From positions 84,942,001-85,006,000 of the forward strand of contig CM059432.1 in NCBI GenBank assembly GCA_030390025.1: 64,000 nt of DNA, written 5' to 3'. The stretch comes from Squalus acanthias. Lineage: Eukaryota. A model generated the notes under the pieces. The model was not told where the DNA came from. It did no database searches and saw only the letters and a list, made by a program, of their open reading frames with translations. Shown one piece after another: positions 40,601 through 52,951 of this stretch. The position numbers and the translations under genes were made by a program. Every line of letters starts with the position of its first letter. The first letter of the stretch is position 1.

Positions 40601-41322
40601 GTAAGATGTGGGTGTGAGGCTTGCAGCAGTGGTAAGTGTATGAGGGTGAGATAGAGCATAGGAACATGAATTATGAGTTGTGAATGATTGAGATTGTTGG
40701 TAGGTGAGTAATGGGGTGTGATGAATTGAGCAGTGTGTGAGGCTAGTGGTGCAGTTTCTGGGATATGGCATTTGAAGATGCATTCACTGACTTTGACCAC
40801 TCGTTTGAGGTCATTGAACTTCTTCCCACACTGCATCCAGGTCCTCGGGGCAACACTGTTGTTATTGACCTCCGTGGCTATCTGCTCCCACTGCCTTCGC
40901 AGTGTCTGTCTGGAGGGCCTCCTGGCTCCTGTGGAAACACGACCTCTCTCCTCCTCTCCACTTCCAGTGCTGCATCTGAGAACATTGGAGACTTTTCTCT
41001 GGTCTGTTGTGCCATTGCTGAATGTTTCCCAGTTGAAACTGCCTTCTAGAATAACTTCCAGCACATGGTCGCATCAAACTGCACCTCCCCTTTAAAAGGT
41101 GCAGGCTAGCTTTAACTGGTGCTAGCCTTGCACGAACTTGGGCCCCCTGCAGAGTGTGCAGCCACTCAACAGTGCGTTTACTGCTGAGCTGCATGCCACT
41201 ATCATTTAAATTAGCAGACAGCACCAAGTTTGCGTGCTGCCTGCATTACTTTGAACGGCTGCGGGTTAATCGCGCATTGCAATCCCCATGCCCGTTTTCG
41301 GGGGCTATCGAATTTTTAGCCT
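34654..41322. mobile_element. Harbinger transposon carrying a CR1 insertion and an internal deletion
   Basis: TIR GGGCTAAAAATT / AATTTTTAGCCT, TSD aac. Transposase on + starts at about 35140, resumes 38872-39500 and stops after PGSSHDA; Myb gene on - at 39500-41015. Confidence 0.9.
35188..38750 (-). mobile_element. Full-length CR1 LINE with a 3' internal deletion
   Basis: ORF1 37597..38544 (esterase-like), APE and RT (35509..36417, FADD in 35189..35536), tail seen as (ttacatagga)n on +. Confidence 0.95.
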
Positions 41323-41702
41323 AACAAGTTTACAGTCATTTTCCATTATAATTATGGACATAGGTATTTATAACGGAAAAAGTTGATAGGAATTGCATGC
41401 AGATGTAGGATTTTTAATATAGATAGAGTAATTTGCCAAAGTTCTTTAATCATGGTTATACTTTGGTCATGAGTTTGTATAATAGGAATAAACAGATACT
41501 GTACACTGGATTAGGCATGTATTCATCCTGAAATTAAATGTAAAGAAAATTTCAATCAAATGAACAGTGCAAAAAAAAATTGAAGCAAAACAATTTGCCT
41601 CTTTCTTGGCTGTTGTTGGAAGCTTCTTCTCTTCGGGAGGGATTCTATTATACTATCACTTTTGCATCAGTACAAAGCAGTTTTGAAAGGCATACCAATG
41701 TG

Positions 41703-41995
41703 AAAGAAAGAAAGACTTGCATTTATATAGCGCCTTTCACGACCACCGGACGTCTCAAAGTGCTTTACAGCCAATGAAGTACTTTTGAAGTGTAGTCGCT
41801 GTTGTAATGTGGGATACAAGGCAGCCAATTTCTGCACAGCAAGCTCCCACAAACAGCAATGTGATAATGACCAGATAATCTGTTTTTTTTTGTTATGTTG
41901 ATTGAGGGATAAATATTGGCCAGGACACTGGAGATAGCTCCCCTGCTCTTCTTTGAAATAGTGCCATGGGATCTTTTACATCCACCTGAGAGACT
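41703..41995 (-). mobile_element. Deu-SINE (SacSINE1-like) 3' portion
   Basis: Reverse complement matches 60848-61122; L2-type tail. Confidence 0.8.
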
Positions 41996-42227
41996 GAGAC
42001 TGGGTAGGATAACTCGGGATCCACACTGCTTTGTTTTTTTGAATGTAACTGGAGTCAGGTAAGCAAATCTAATTTCCAAGTGCACTGATGTGAAATATGT
42101 GAGGTCACCTGTAGTAGGTAGTCTCATGTTGTTTGGGCGTCACAATGGGTAAAACTCCAGACTGGTGCAAAGACAGATTTTAAAAAAGCAAAGGGAAATT
42201 TTTAAACTTATTATAGAATATTTCTAA

Positions 42228-42578
42228 TAAGAAAGATTTGCATTTATATAGCACTTTTCACCACCTTGTGACGTCCCAAAGCGCTTTAACAGCCAATTAA
42301 GTACTTTTGAAGTGTAGTCACTGTTGTAATGTAGGAAACACGGCAGCCAATTTTTGCACAGCAAGGTCCCACAAACAGCAATGTGGTAATGACTAGATAA
42401 TCTGTTTTAGTGATGAAGGATAAATATCGACCAGAAAGAAAAAAGAAAGGCTTTCATTTATATAGCTCCTTTCACAACCTCGGGACGTCCCAAAGCGCTT
42501 TAGAGTCAATAAAGTACTTTTTTTGAAGTGTATTCACTGTTGTTATGCAGGACCAGGACACTAGGGAGAACTCCCTGA
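42228..42578 (-). mobile_element. Two nested Deu-SINE 3' fragments
   Basis: The tail starts twice (about 42230 and 42435); the first copy resumes at gaccaggacac at about 42551. Confidence 0.75.
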
Positions 42579-43743
42579 AACAGGCTTGCTCTATGCTGGA
42601 ACAGTGAGTGCAATCCATAGTGAGGTACAGCTGGCAATGCAGCTGTGTCTGTCACGTAGATATTTCACTACATAGAAATACAAACAGGAATTTGTAGCAA
42701 AACTGCAGCCTTAACCTCCAGTGAGATCTGCTCCATTTTCACCATCTATTCCAATACCATCGAGAGAAATTAAACCAAAAATATAGGGCTAGAAATTCAA
42801 GTTCGCCACGAAAGTTCCGGCAACTGGAGTTAACGGCCGCTGAAAATGGCCGCAACGCTAAAGAGAATAAATTTGTCTAGGGGGCTGGAGATTGATGGCG
42901 CAGCGCTAACCTTCCATGCAACACCATCCTGGTGGCGTTAGTGGAGAAGGGCTATGAATTAAAGGGGCAATGCACTCAGAGAGCCAATACAAATTAAAAT
43001 GCAGTGAAAAAATGCAGTTTTCAGCCCTTACTGCCTTAAAAAAAAAATTAACATTAAAAAGAAGTCCCAAATGTGATTATACAGCTCTTAAAGCTGAATT
43101 CCCTTCCGAATCTCAAAAAAATGGGAAAACTGCTTCAGCACAAACACAAATGGCTCAGCAAGCCAGGGAAGTGGCACCCAGGGTCTCGAACGCAGCACTC
43201 CAGCTTTGTGCAGGGGGTCAACATTACAAGACAGGTTCTCTACACACAGGGGACAGGAGACCCTCCAGAAAGAACGATGTGGGACTACATCACCGAGGCC
43301 GTCACTGCCAGCAGTGTCACCCCCACCACCTGGCTCCAGTGCCCAAAGAAGCTTCATGACTTCAGATCATTGGTCAAGGTCAGTGAATGCATCTTCAAAA
43401 ACTGTCTCCTACCAACTGCATCACTAGCCTCACACACTGGTCAATGTATGACTCCCCCCTCCCAACACTCACCTACCAACAATCTGTACCAATCATGAGG
43501 CACATCTCCCATTCCTAGCCTCACCTCACCTCCTTGGAGGAGATGGTGCAGGCCATTCTTGGCAGGGCATGGCTGAGCCCTTGGCCAGCAATGGGGCAGG
43601 AAGGATACAAGATTCTGGTATCCTCATACGTTATCTTCCTTCTGGCATGTACCTCTTGTTTGCCTGCCCTCCAGTCACCACAACTCCACCCTTGTGCCTT
43701 CCTCATTTCACACACCCAAGTAATGCAGCCTGCCCAGCCAGTG

Positions 43744-43795
43744 GAAGAAGAAGAAGAAGAAGAAGAAAAGAAGAAGAAGAAGAAGAAGAAGAAGA
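43744..43795 (+). repeat. (GAA)n microsatellite expanded from the acidic tract of the Myb gene
   Basis: Run of gaa triplets with one interruption, at the position of the poly-E tract in sister copies. Confidence 0.9.
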
Positions 43796-44249
43796 CCGTC
43801 ACTTGATTTGACACTCCCAGTCACCAGCTCCTCAAGGTCAACCAAAATGTCAGCAGCCTTCCACTAGCCATGCTGCAGCCACTGGGGTAGCACTGCGTGA
43901 CATCAGTGGGATAGGCAAAGGCACACACATGATGTCATATTGGATGGATAGATGTATAAAGTTGGATTGGAAGGTTTGCTTTGTGGTGGCTTTTATTTCA
44001 GCATTGTGGCCAAGAGGAGACTGTGATGGTCAGTAACAGAGGGAAAGTAAGGTGTGGGACAAATGTGGAAAGGGGAATTGGGGTTGTGTTCACTGGTACC
44101 CCAGGAGGATGATTCCATCCCAGATATCCCGGCCAGAACAGGACTGTTTGGGTTGCATCCCTCCTTCTGCTTCCTCCTCTTCGGCACTTTTCCTCTTCTG
44201 TGTCTTCCTCTTCCCTCTGCGAACGGATGCTGTAAACCTGAAATGTCAG

Positions 44250-44370
44250 CATAAAATGCTGGAAATACTCAGCTGGTCAGGCAGCATCTTGACCTGAGAT
44301 GTGAACTCTGTTTCTCTCTCCATGGATGTTGCCTGACCTGCTGAGTATTTGCAGCATTTTCTGTCTTTAT
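44250..44370. mobile_element. Penelope-like inverted-repeat fragment
   Basis: aaaatgctggaaatactcagc ... gctgagtatttgcagcatttt fold-back; matches 52480-52560. Confidence 0.7.
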
Positions 44371-45331
44371 AGAGGCCTTCCTTTACCATCCGAAGCCTTG
44401 CAAGCATCCAGCAGCACTCCCTACACACTTAAAAACTTTTAACATCTATTGCAGCAAGCCACTACTTCAATAACATTTAAAAAACCCAGTCCAAAAGCTT
44501 AAATCCAAATTTACCTGAATGATGTGTGTGTCCCTTTAAGAGGTGCTGACATCGCCACTGTCAGCCTGCTTAGGACTCAGTGCTGAATTCAGTGCTAGGG
44601 TTGAAGTTCGGAGTGGTGACGTTAAATCGGCATTGCACGCCGATTGACGTCACCACGCCGCCATTTTTTTCTCCAGGGCGCTGCCAGTCACCGGCAGCGC
44701 AAAGGGAGGGAGGAAAATGGCAGCCACCACGGGACCCGCCACCAGCTGGCGAAAGAGCGGTGTCCGGCGTTTTAGCACCATTTCATGGCACTGACGTGTA
44801 GTGCTGAAGACACGTATTTTCAGCCCAAATTTTTAAAAATTTGAAGTACAATTTGTAAAAGTTTTTTTTCTTTTATTAATACAAAAGTTCAATTACTATT
44901 AACCAATATTGAGGGGTGATAGTTAGAATTTTTCCAAAAGTTAAACAAATCCCAATCAAATATTTTGTCCCTCTTGCTTCCATTTTAAGAGGCACATGTC
45001 TTTAACCTTCAAACAACAGCTCATTAGGTAAGATTCAGAAATGAGAAACTTACATTATGCTAATCCGCCTCTCCTTAAGTAACTAATCCACATCCTGCCA
45101 TTAATGAGGGAATTTCATTTCCCAATTAAAAAGCACAGATGTTACCAGAACCTGAGATATCATGCTTGGTATCTTAATGGTCTCTTAATGGCAGTTTACA
45201 TTTTCCAAAACAAACAGTTGTGGTAGGTTATATGAAATGAAAGCTTTAATAATTTGATTTTATCACATTAATCTTTCAGAATATGTCAGTGTTGTGGCTG
45301 AACTCTTACCATGGGTAGCTGAGGAGCTGAA

Positions 45332-46288
45332 TTACAGACATAGGATTACATAGGATATATGGCACAGAAACAGGCCATTCGGCCCAATCAGTCCATGCCG
45401 GCGTTTATGCTCCACTCGAGCCTCCTCCCGTCTTTCCTCATCTAACTCTATCAGCATAACCCTCTGTTCCCTTCTCCCTCATATGCCTATCCAGCCTTCC
45501 CTTAAATGCATCTATACTTTTTGCTTCAACCACTCCCTGTGGTAGCGAGTTCCACATTCTCACCACTCTTTGGGTAAAGAAGTTTCTTCTGAATTCCCTA
45601 TTGGATTTCTTGGTGACTATCTTATATTGATGGCCTCTAGTTATGCTCTTCCCCACAAGTGGAAACATTCTCTCTGTATCCACTCTATCAAAACCTTTCA
45701 TGATTTTAAAGACCTCTATTAGGTCACCCCTCAGCCTTCTTTTTTCAAGAGAAAAGAGACCCAGCCTGTTCATCCTTTCCTGATAGGTATACCCTCACAT
45801 TTCTGGTATCATCCTTGTAAATTTTCTCTGCACCCTCTCCAGTGTCTCTATATCCTTTTTATAATGTGGCGACCAGAACTGTACGCAGTACTCTAAGTGT
45901 GGTCTAACCAAAGTCCAATACAGGTTTAGTATAACTTCCCTACTTTTCAATTCTATCCCTCTAGAAATAAACCCTAGTGCTTGGTTTACTTTTTTTTATG
46001 GCCTTGCTAACCTGTGTCGCAACTTTTAGTGATTTGTGTATTTGTACTCCTAGATCCCTTTGTTCCTCCACCCCACCCAGACTCGCACCCTCCAAGTAAT
46101 AAGTGACCTCCCTATTCTTCCTACCAAAATGTAATACCTCACATTTATCTGTGTTGAACTTCATTTGCCAATTATATGCCCATTCTGCAAGTTTATTAAT
46201 GTCCTCCTGTAACTTGTTGCAGTCTTCCTCAGCATTGACTATCCCCCCCAATTTAGTGTCATCCGCAAATTTAGAAATTGTGTTCTCA
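45332..46288 (-). mobile_element. CR1 LINE 3' end
   Basis: KFADDTKLGG..RLRGDLIEVFK..WNSLP; tail of the same type as at 35188. Confidence 0.95.
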
Positions 46289-46511
46289 GCAAGCTGAGAT
46301 TGCATGAGTGCAGTCTGAGCTTGGGTGGCAGCAAGCTGAGATTGCATCCACTGCTGCACTAAAACGTTGGATCGCTTCCGCCTGTGCTGCAATGCCAGCT
46401 GTGATATCGCCCATCACACGCAGCATCATGTCTGGGTCGACATGGTCCCTTCGGGAGTTTTCCATCATTTCCAGTCTGGAAATCCTGGGCTTCAACTCTG
46501 TGCAAAGCCCC

Positions 46512-48095
46512 TGTTAGAAATCAGGGGTGTTCAAAATGTATATGGTTTTGCTGATAAAACTGTGATGCGAGTAATGCTGTATTTACATGTTTGTATTAGA
46601 ACTAGAGACAGAAAGTCTCTCAGACTAGTATTAGAATAATTAGATAGATGCATAGGGCTGGATTTTCATTGACCAGTGGAGACGGGTTTGGAGGCATGTG
46701 GGGGGTTAAAATTGCGAAAACTGGTGGGTGGGCACAAGTCTGCCTTCTGGCTGCTGGCTGGATGGATGGATGGATGGATGGCTGGATGGATGGAAAGCAG
46801 ACATATCTGGGAGTGGTGGTGTAAAAATATCTGGGAGCAGACTTGGACTGCTGCTGCTCATTTTGCATGTCCTCTCACAGCAAAGGCCAGGCAGTCTCTG
46901 AAGACCTTCAATGCAGCAGCAATGATGACATCATCAGAGGCGACTTTCAGACTGAAAACACTAATTGGTTCATGGGTTCCCACATGCTGGAACTCAATTG
47001 CCCAATTAGGTGAAAATTGCATCAATCTCCCACATCCAATTGCAGTCGGGTGGATAACACGAAAAGTGGATGACACGACCCCAACCCGCCCCAGTATCAA
47101 AATCCAGCCCATAGTCTCTGCCTGTGTTTTGCTTCCCTGCAGATGTTATAGCATTCTGCAGTGTGACGGTCATAAATAATTTTGTTTTCAAGTTAGGATT
47201 TCAACCTTGTTTATGTTTCTCTAATTTGACCAACCAAGGCCCAACGTTATATTTCTTCCATTACTGCTAATAACCATATTATAATGCTAAGTTAGGATTT
47301 TGACTTTGTTTAACAAAACTGCTTTAAAATGTGTAAGTTAACTAGTATATGAGAATAGAATAGAAGATATCTTTGGGAATGTAATGATTAATTCCATGGT
47401 ACAATAGTCTGAGAATGAAATAGTTAGTTTTGCATAGCTAAAGCTGCATGAACAGCATGAACATAAATAACTGATAACAAGCAGTTATGAACATCTGATG
47501 GCCAAGAATCGCATGTCCGACTCCAAACTAGGGAGGATAGGGACAAGAGAGATAAGACACGAATTCCAAAGGAAGAACCTTCAGAAAGATTAAACGATAA
47601 GACAAATTGGATGAGGTAATGAGACCCGCTTTTGGGGAGGGCTTTCATCCAAGGCCCAAGACAAAGAACTTCAGCTGTCATTGGGTGATGAGGTTTTAGA
47701 GGAACCTCTATAGGTTAAATGGTCTTGTCAATAACTTGGCCTCAGGCCCACCCCTAAAAAGAGAATAAAAGTGACACCCTGAGTGCTTGTCCACACAGAC
47801 GGTGGAGGAGAGAGCCAAAGAGAAGTTGGGCTGGTCGAACGCTCTTTTGAGAGTGATCCCTCGCTCACCATCGAAGGCCCTAGAGAGAGAGAGAGAGCGA
47901 GAGAGGCCAGGCCGTCTGTCCGATCGGGACCGGTATTAGCTACTTGTCACAGTCATATGTTTTTGCTGTATAACTAGCATGTTACATTCCGTCTTAAACT
48001 CTGATTAAACACAATATACCCACCATATTGGTTTGCAGTCAATTCTGATTATTTGAAAGACTAGAGATAAGCTACTAATTGGCCAAATCTCTACA
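46512..48095 (+). mobile_element. Solo LTR
   Basis: TGTTAGAAAT...ATCTCTACA termini, cccc duplicated on both sides, interrupts a sequence that is contiguous in sister copies (39796-39830); ATTAAA at 48004. Confidence 0.75.
46655..47110. mobile_element. Harbinger-type MITE inside the solo LTR
   Basis: Perfect 12-bp TIR GGGCTGGATTTT / AAAATCCAGCCC, TSD ata, internal (GGAT)n. Confidence 0.9.
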
Positions 48096-49910
48096 CCCCA
48101 TGCAATGTTGGAGGTGGACTCCTCCATGCTCCTTGACATTGCCAAGAGGCTCTCTGGCAGGCTTGCCATTGCACCGAGCAATTCGATGTGCCTGCCTATC
48201 ACCTGTCTTCTGAAGGCCGCCTCATCAAGGTCCTCATCTGAGTCACGTGCAGCAGCAGAACCCACGTGCAACCTTGCCCGCCATGGAGCATGACCCGAGC
48301 TACCCTTTCCCCATGACCTTGCTGCAGCTCACTCGTGCCTGGTGCCTCACCCTGTGCAGATCCCACTTCAACACTAGTCTCTAAATTATGCGCAGTGCCA
48401 GTTTCTGAGCTGGTGTCTGCAAGTGACAAATACAGTGAAACTGTGTCTTCTTCTTCTTCTCCTCCCTCGCTCTCCTGCATCGCCTCAGGGACAGGCTGCT
48501 CTGGTGCCTGATCACGATTATCTGAAATCAGAAAGGCACAAGAGTCGTGTTATGGTGAGGGGAGGGGAGGAGGGGGGAAGCAAGATATGCATGCATACAG
48601 CATCAGCAGCTTGAAAGTGAGAAGAGATTGTGGGATGAGGGGGAAGTGGGATGTGAGAAGGATTAGGAATGAGCATTACGTTGTTGTCCCCAAGAGCTTC
48701 AACTTCACCGGTTGCAATGGCCTCCATGACCTGCCGCCCAATGATCTCCAGCACTCACTCCTCCAGTTGGCTGAAGTCCTGGATGGCAGCTTGCTCCCCG
48801 CCTGTCTCCCACTGCTCCCTCATGTTATGCGCGACCTTGGCCTGCAAGAGAAAGGAAAGTGTGTCAGTGTGTGCGGTGCAATGTGTTTGGGTGATGTGCC
48901 TGCCATAGTTGAATAGCTGTCAGTGTGTGCAAGGTGTGAGATGTGGGTGTAAGTGTTGTAGTAGTGGTAAGGTTGTGAGAGTGAAGTGAAGCTCTGATTG
49001 TGAGATCTGAGTGGTGATAGGTAGAGATTGTTGGTAGGTGAGTGCTAAGGGTGTGGTGCATTGAGCAGTGTGTGAAGCTTGTGGTACAGATGATGGGATA
49101 TGGCATTTGCTGAAGCCTTCACTCACCTTCACCTGCCATGTGAGGTTATTAAACTTCTTGCGGCACTGGATCCCTGACCTGGGGACCGCAATGCTGGCCG
49201 TCATATATCTGGCTATCTCCTGCCACAGCCTTCGAGATGTATGGGACAAGGGCTTCCTGCCAGTCTGCGGGAAGAGGACAGCCCATCTCCTCTCCACAGC
49301 CACCACCAGTGCCTCCAGAGCCGTGTCTGAGAATCTTTGGGCTCTCTCCCTGTGCTGAGGCACAGCCATCTGTTTCCAGTACCATCTGCTTCCAGGTGGA
49401 GGTCGAACTGGATTGACAATGAGGTGCTGTAGCATCAATGTACCTCCCCTTTAAATACTGAATAAAGCCTGTGCCAAACATGACTGGGAATTAGACTAGA
49501 CCCAATATTGGCCCAGCTGTTGAGCGGCAAGCCAATGAGCAGTGGTTTTAGCGCTGAAATCAGCACCATAATGATGTTAATGAGGACTGAGCACGAATTT
49601 TGTGTGCTACCTAGACCATTTTGACCCGGCACAGTTTAACATCGTTGGGCCAATGCACCACCCGTTTTCTGGCCATATCCACTTTCTTGGCCCATATTTC
49701 CTATGATTCAGTTGTAGGCTGTTGTAGAAAAATAAGAACATAAAAACATAAGAACATAAGAAATAGGAGCAGGAGTAGGCCATTCAGCCACTCGAGCCTG
49801 ATCCGCCATTCAATAAGATCATGGCTGATCTTCTACCTCAACTCTTCTTTCCTGCACTATTCCCATATCCCTTGATTCCCTTAATATCCAAAAATCTATC
49901 GATCTCTGTC

Positions 49911-50091
49911 TTATACATTTGATGTAGGGAAAGATTTAATCTATGCATTTTCTCTGTGTTTTTATATTCTGTGAATTCTGATAGATTCTCTCACAGTAAC
50001 TTTGCCTGACGAAGGGGCGACAGCTCCGAAAGCTTGTAATTTTAAATAAATCTGTTGGACTATAACCTGGTGTTGTGCGACTTCTCATTTT
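49911..50091 (+). mobile_element. Penelope-like terminal repeat fragment inserted in CR1
   Basis: Interrupts the CR1 sequence; carries a hammerhead core, AATAAA, and the tail shared with 18769-18838. Confidence 0.65.
50002..50039 (+). ncRNA. Minimal type I hammerhead ribozyme motif
   Basis: UUGC-CUGACGA-A-GGGGC(GACA)GCUCC-GAAA-G-CUU-GUAA: catalytic core, stem II, stem I and palindromic AAGCUU stem III. Confidence 0.75.
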
Positions 50092-51623
50092 TGAATATAC
50101 TCCACAGCCCTCTGGAGTAGAAAATTCCAAAGATTCACCATGCTCTGAGTGAAGAAATTTCTCCTCATCTCAGACCTAATTGGCCGACCCCTTATTCTGA
50201 GACTGTGACCCCTGGTTCTAGACTCCCCAGTCAGGTGCAACATCCTCCCTGCATCTACCCTGTCAAGCCCTGAAGGAATTTTGTATGTTTCAATGAGATC
50301 ACCTCTCATTCTTCTAAACTCCAGAGAATATAGGCCTAGTCTACTCAATTTCTCCTCATAGGTCAATCCCCCCATCCCAGGAACCAGTCTGGTGAACCTT
50401 CGTTGTACTCCCTCTATGGCAAGTATATCCTTCCTTAGCTAAGGAGACCAAACTGCACACAATACTCCAGGTGTGGTCTCACCAGGGCCCTATATAATTG
50501 CAGTAAGACATCTTTACTCTTATACTCAATTTATCATGTAATAAAGGCCAATATAACATTTGCTTTCCTAATTGCTTGCTGTACCTGCATGTAAACTTTC
50601 AGTGATTCGTGTACAAGGACACCCAGGTCCCTCTGAACACCAACATTTCCCAATCTCTCAACATTTAAAAAATACACTGCTTTTCTATTTTTCCTACCAA
50701 AGTGGATAACTTCACATTTCTCCACATTATGTTCCATTTGCCATGTTCTTGCCCACTCACTTGGCTAGTCTATATCCTTTTGAAGCCTCTTTGCATCCTC
50801 CTCACAACTTTCATTCCCATCCAGCTTTGTATCATCAGCAAACCTTTGGTCCCCTCATCCAAATCATTGATATAGATTGTGAATAGCTGAGGCCCAAGCA
50901 TTGATCCTTGCGGTACCCCACTAGTTACAGCCTGCCAACCTGAAAATGACCCGTTTATTCCTACTCTCTATTTCTGTCCGTTAACCAATCTTTAATCCAT
51001 GCTAGTATATTACCCACAATCCCATGAGCTCTAATTTTGTTTAATAACCTCTTGTGTGGCACCTTATCGAATTCCTTCTGAAAATCCAAATACACCACAT
51101 CCACTGGTTCCCCCTTATCTATTCTGCTAGTTACAACCTTAAAAAACTTGACAAGATTCGTCAAACATGATTTCCCTTTGATAAATCCATGTTGACTCTG
51201 CCCAATCCTATTATTATTTTCTAAGTGCCCTGTTACCACGTCCTTAATAATAGATTCTAGCATTTTCCCTACTACTGATGTCAGGCTAACTGGTCTGTAG
51301 TTCCCCATTTTCTCTCTCCCTCCTTTCTTAAATAGTGGGATTACATTTGCTACCTTCCAATCCGCGGGAACCGTTCTAGAATCTATGGAATTTTGGAAAA
51401 TGACAACCAATGCATCCACTATCTCTGTAGCCAACTCTTTCAAAACCCTAGGATGTAGGTCATCAGGTTCAGGGGATTTATCGACTTTCAGTCCCATTAA
51501 TTTCTCCAGTACTATTTTTTTACTAATACTAATTTCTTTCAGTATCTCATTCTCGCTAGACCCTTGGTTCTCCACTATTTCCGGGAAGTTTTTTGCGTCT
51601 TCTTCCGTGAAGACAGACACAAA

Positions 51624-52463
51624 GGGCTGGATTTTATCAATGGGGACGCGTTGGGGGCGGGACTGCTGGTTGTCGGGTTTCAGTCCCGGCCCAACGATGA
51701 TCGGCCAACCCATGCTATTTTCCCTTGATTGACCTTGTTAAGCCCACCCAGTGGGCTTAGCAGGCCAATCAAGGGTCCCTTGGATACAGGTGATGTCAGC
51801 CATTGAAATTTCATCTGTCAAGAGCTTTTGACAGATGAAATTTCAGCGATTGACAGCTCTGTGAAGCTGTCAAACACTGACAATATGATTTCTAACGTGA
51901 GTCCCTGTAGTTAGACTCAGTTAGAAATCAATCCAGCACAGAAAGTAGAGACTGCAGCTTTTGACAGCTCCGCGGCCATTCTGCTTTCTGTGCCGGTGAG
52001 CTGAGGGACTCCCGAGAACTGAAGGAAGGAAGCCTGCAGGACAAAGTTAAGGTAAGTACAAGTTCTTAAAACACTTTACACACACCAAACACACTTACCT
52101 CTGCACTCATGCACCCATCACTCACCTGCACACCGGACATCTCGACCACTCCAAGCCCTCCAGACCGACGGTCCGCCTCGCTAAATCGGCGTGGTTCGGA
52201 CCTGTCGGGAAGCCCACACTTCAGGGCTAAAAATAGGGATTAGGCAAAAAACTGCCTGTTAACTACCTGTTAACAGGCAGTTTATTGGCACTAATCCCCT
52301 TCTCGCCTCGGGGAGGCGGGTCCCAGCACAGGTCGGGTACCCGCCTCCTGTGAAACAGGCATGGAGGTGGGTTGGGGGCGGGATGGGTTCGGGACCCCCG
52401 AATCTGCTATTTTCCCACCCCACACGCCTCCAAACCCGCCTCCACAGGCCGGTGAAAATTCAG
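51624..52463. mobile_element. Harbinger-type MITE with internal palindromes
   Basis: Left TIR GGGCTGGATTTT, right end AAAATTCAG truncated; perfect 18-bp-arm hairpin at 51804-51845. Confidence 0.75.
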
Positions 52464-52498
52464 TTCTGATGAAAGGTCATCGACCTGAAACGTTAACT
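52462..52498 (+). ncRNA. Minimal type I hammerhead ribozyme motif
   Basis: AGUU-CUGAUGA-A-AGGUC(AUC)GACCU-GAAA-C-GUU-AACU: catalytic core, stems I and II, palindromic AACGUU stem III. Confidence 0.8.
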
Positions 52499-52598
52499 CT
52501 GTTTCTCTCTCCACAGATGCTGCCTGACCTGCTGAGTATTTCCAGCATTTTCTTTTTTTATTTCAGATTTCCAGCATTCACAGTATTTTGCTTTTGTA
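52464..52598 (+). mobile_element. Penelope-like terminal repeat fragment
   Basis: Same family as 12945-13205 and 44250-44370; begins with a hammerhead core. Confidence 0.7.
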
Positions 52599-52951
52599 TA
52601 ATGTTAGCTATTCCACTACCATTGATTCAAACTGAAGTATATTGCTCCTTTAAATATAGCAGTACTTTTAGAGATAAATAATTTAAAAGCAACTATCCAC
52701 AATAAATGCCCATGAACTTGTAATGGCAGAAAGAATATAATTGGGAATAGTCTTCAAATTAAATAATCCACATTAGCAGGAGACTCAGAGAATAGAATAG
52801 TATGCTTTCAAACCACATAATGTTGTTACTGGCTTTAATGGTTACTTACAGTAAATATTCTGGATGAAGTTTCCCAGAAACAGTTTTAAAGGCAGCAATA
52901 TACAAATCTTGCAGAATAGAAAGAAAAGTATTACAGTTGAATTATTAGTAT

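Larger units (their letters stand above)
42786..44826. mobile_element. Harbinger deletion derivative (Myb exons on +, transposase mostly lost)
   Basis: TIR GGGCTAGAAAT / ATTTTCAGCCC; MAQQAREVAPRVSNAAL..WLQCPKKLHDFRSLVK followed by gtcag. Confidence 0.8.
46289..49693 (-). mobile_element. Harbinger Myb-gene arm, split by a solo LTR
   Basis: ORF 48920..49438 RERAQRFSDTALEALV..CRKKFNNLTWQVK followed by gtgag; further exons at 48675-48842 and 48100-48523, continuing at 46289-46511; end ACTTTCTTGGCCC. Confidence 0.85.
49730..51621 (-). mobile_element. CR1 LINE 3' half
   Basis: RT ORF 50961..51713 is closely similar to 23237..24076; tail (aacataag)n on +. Confidence 0.95.

Noticed and set aside
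44285..44320. Additional hammerhead ribozyme
   Set aside because: The CUGANGA half is deleted and GAAAC is mutated.
45961..46392. Myb-RT fusion protein or CR1 capture of Myb mRNA
   Set aside because: The Myb sequence continues with introns beyond the solo LTR, so CR1 simply abuts a truncated Harbinger arm.
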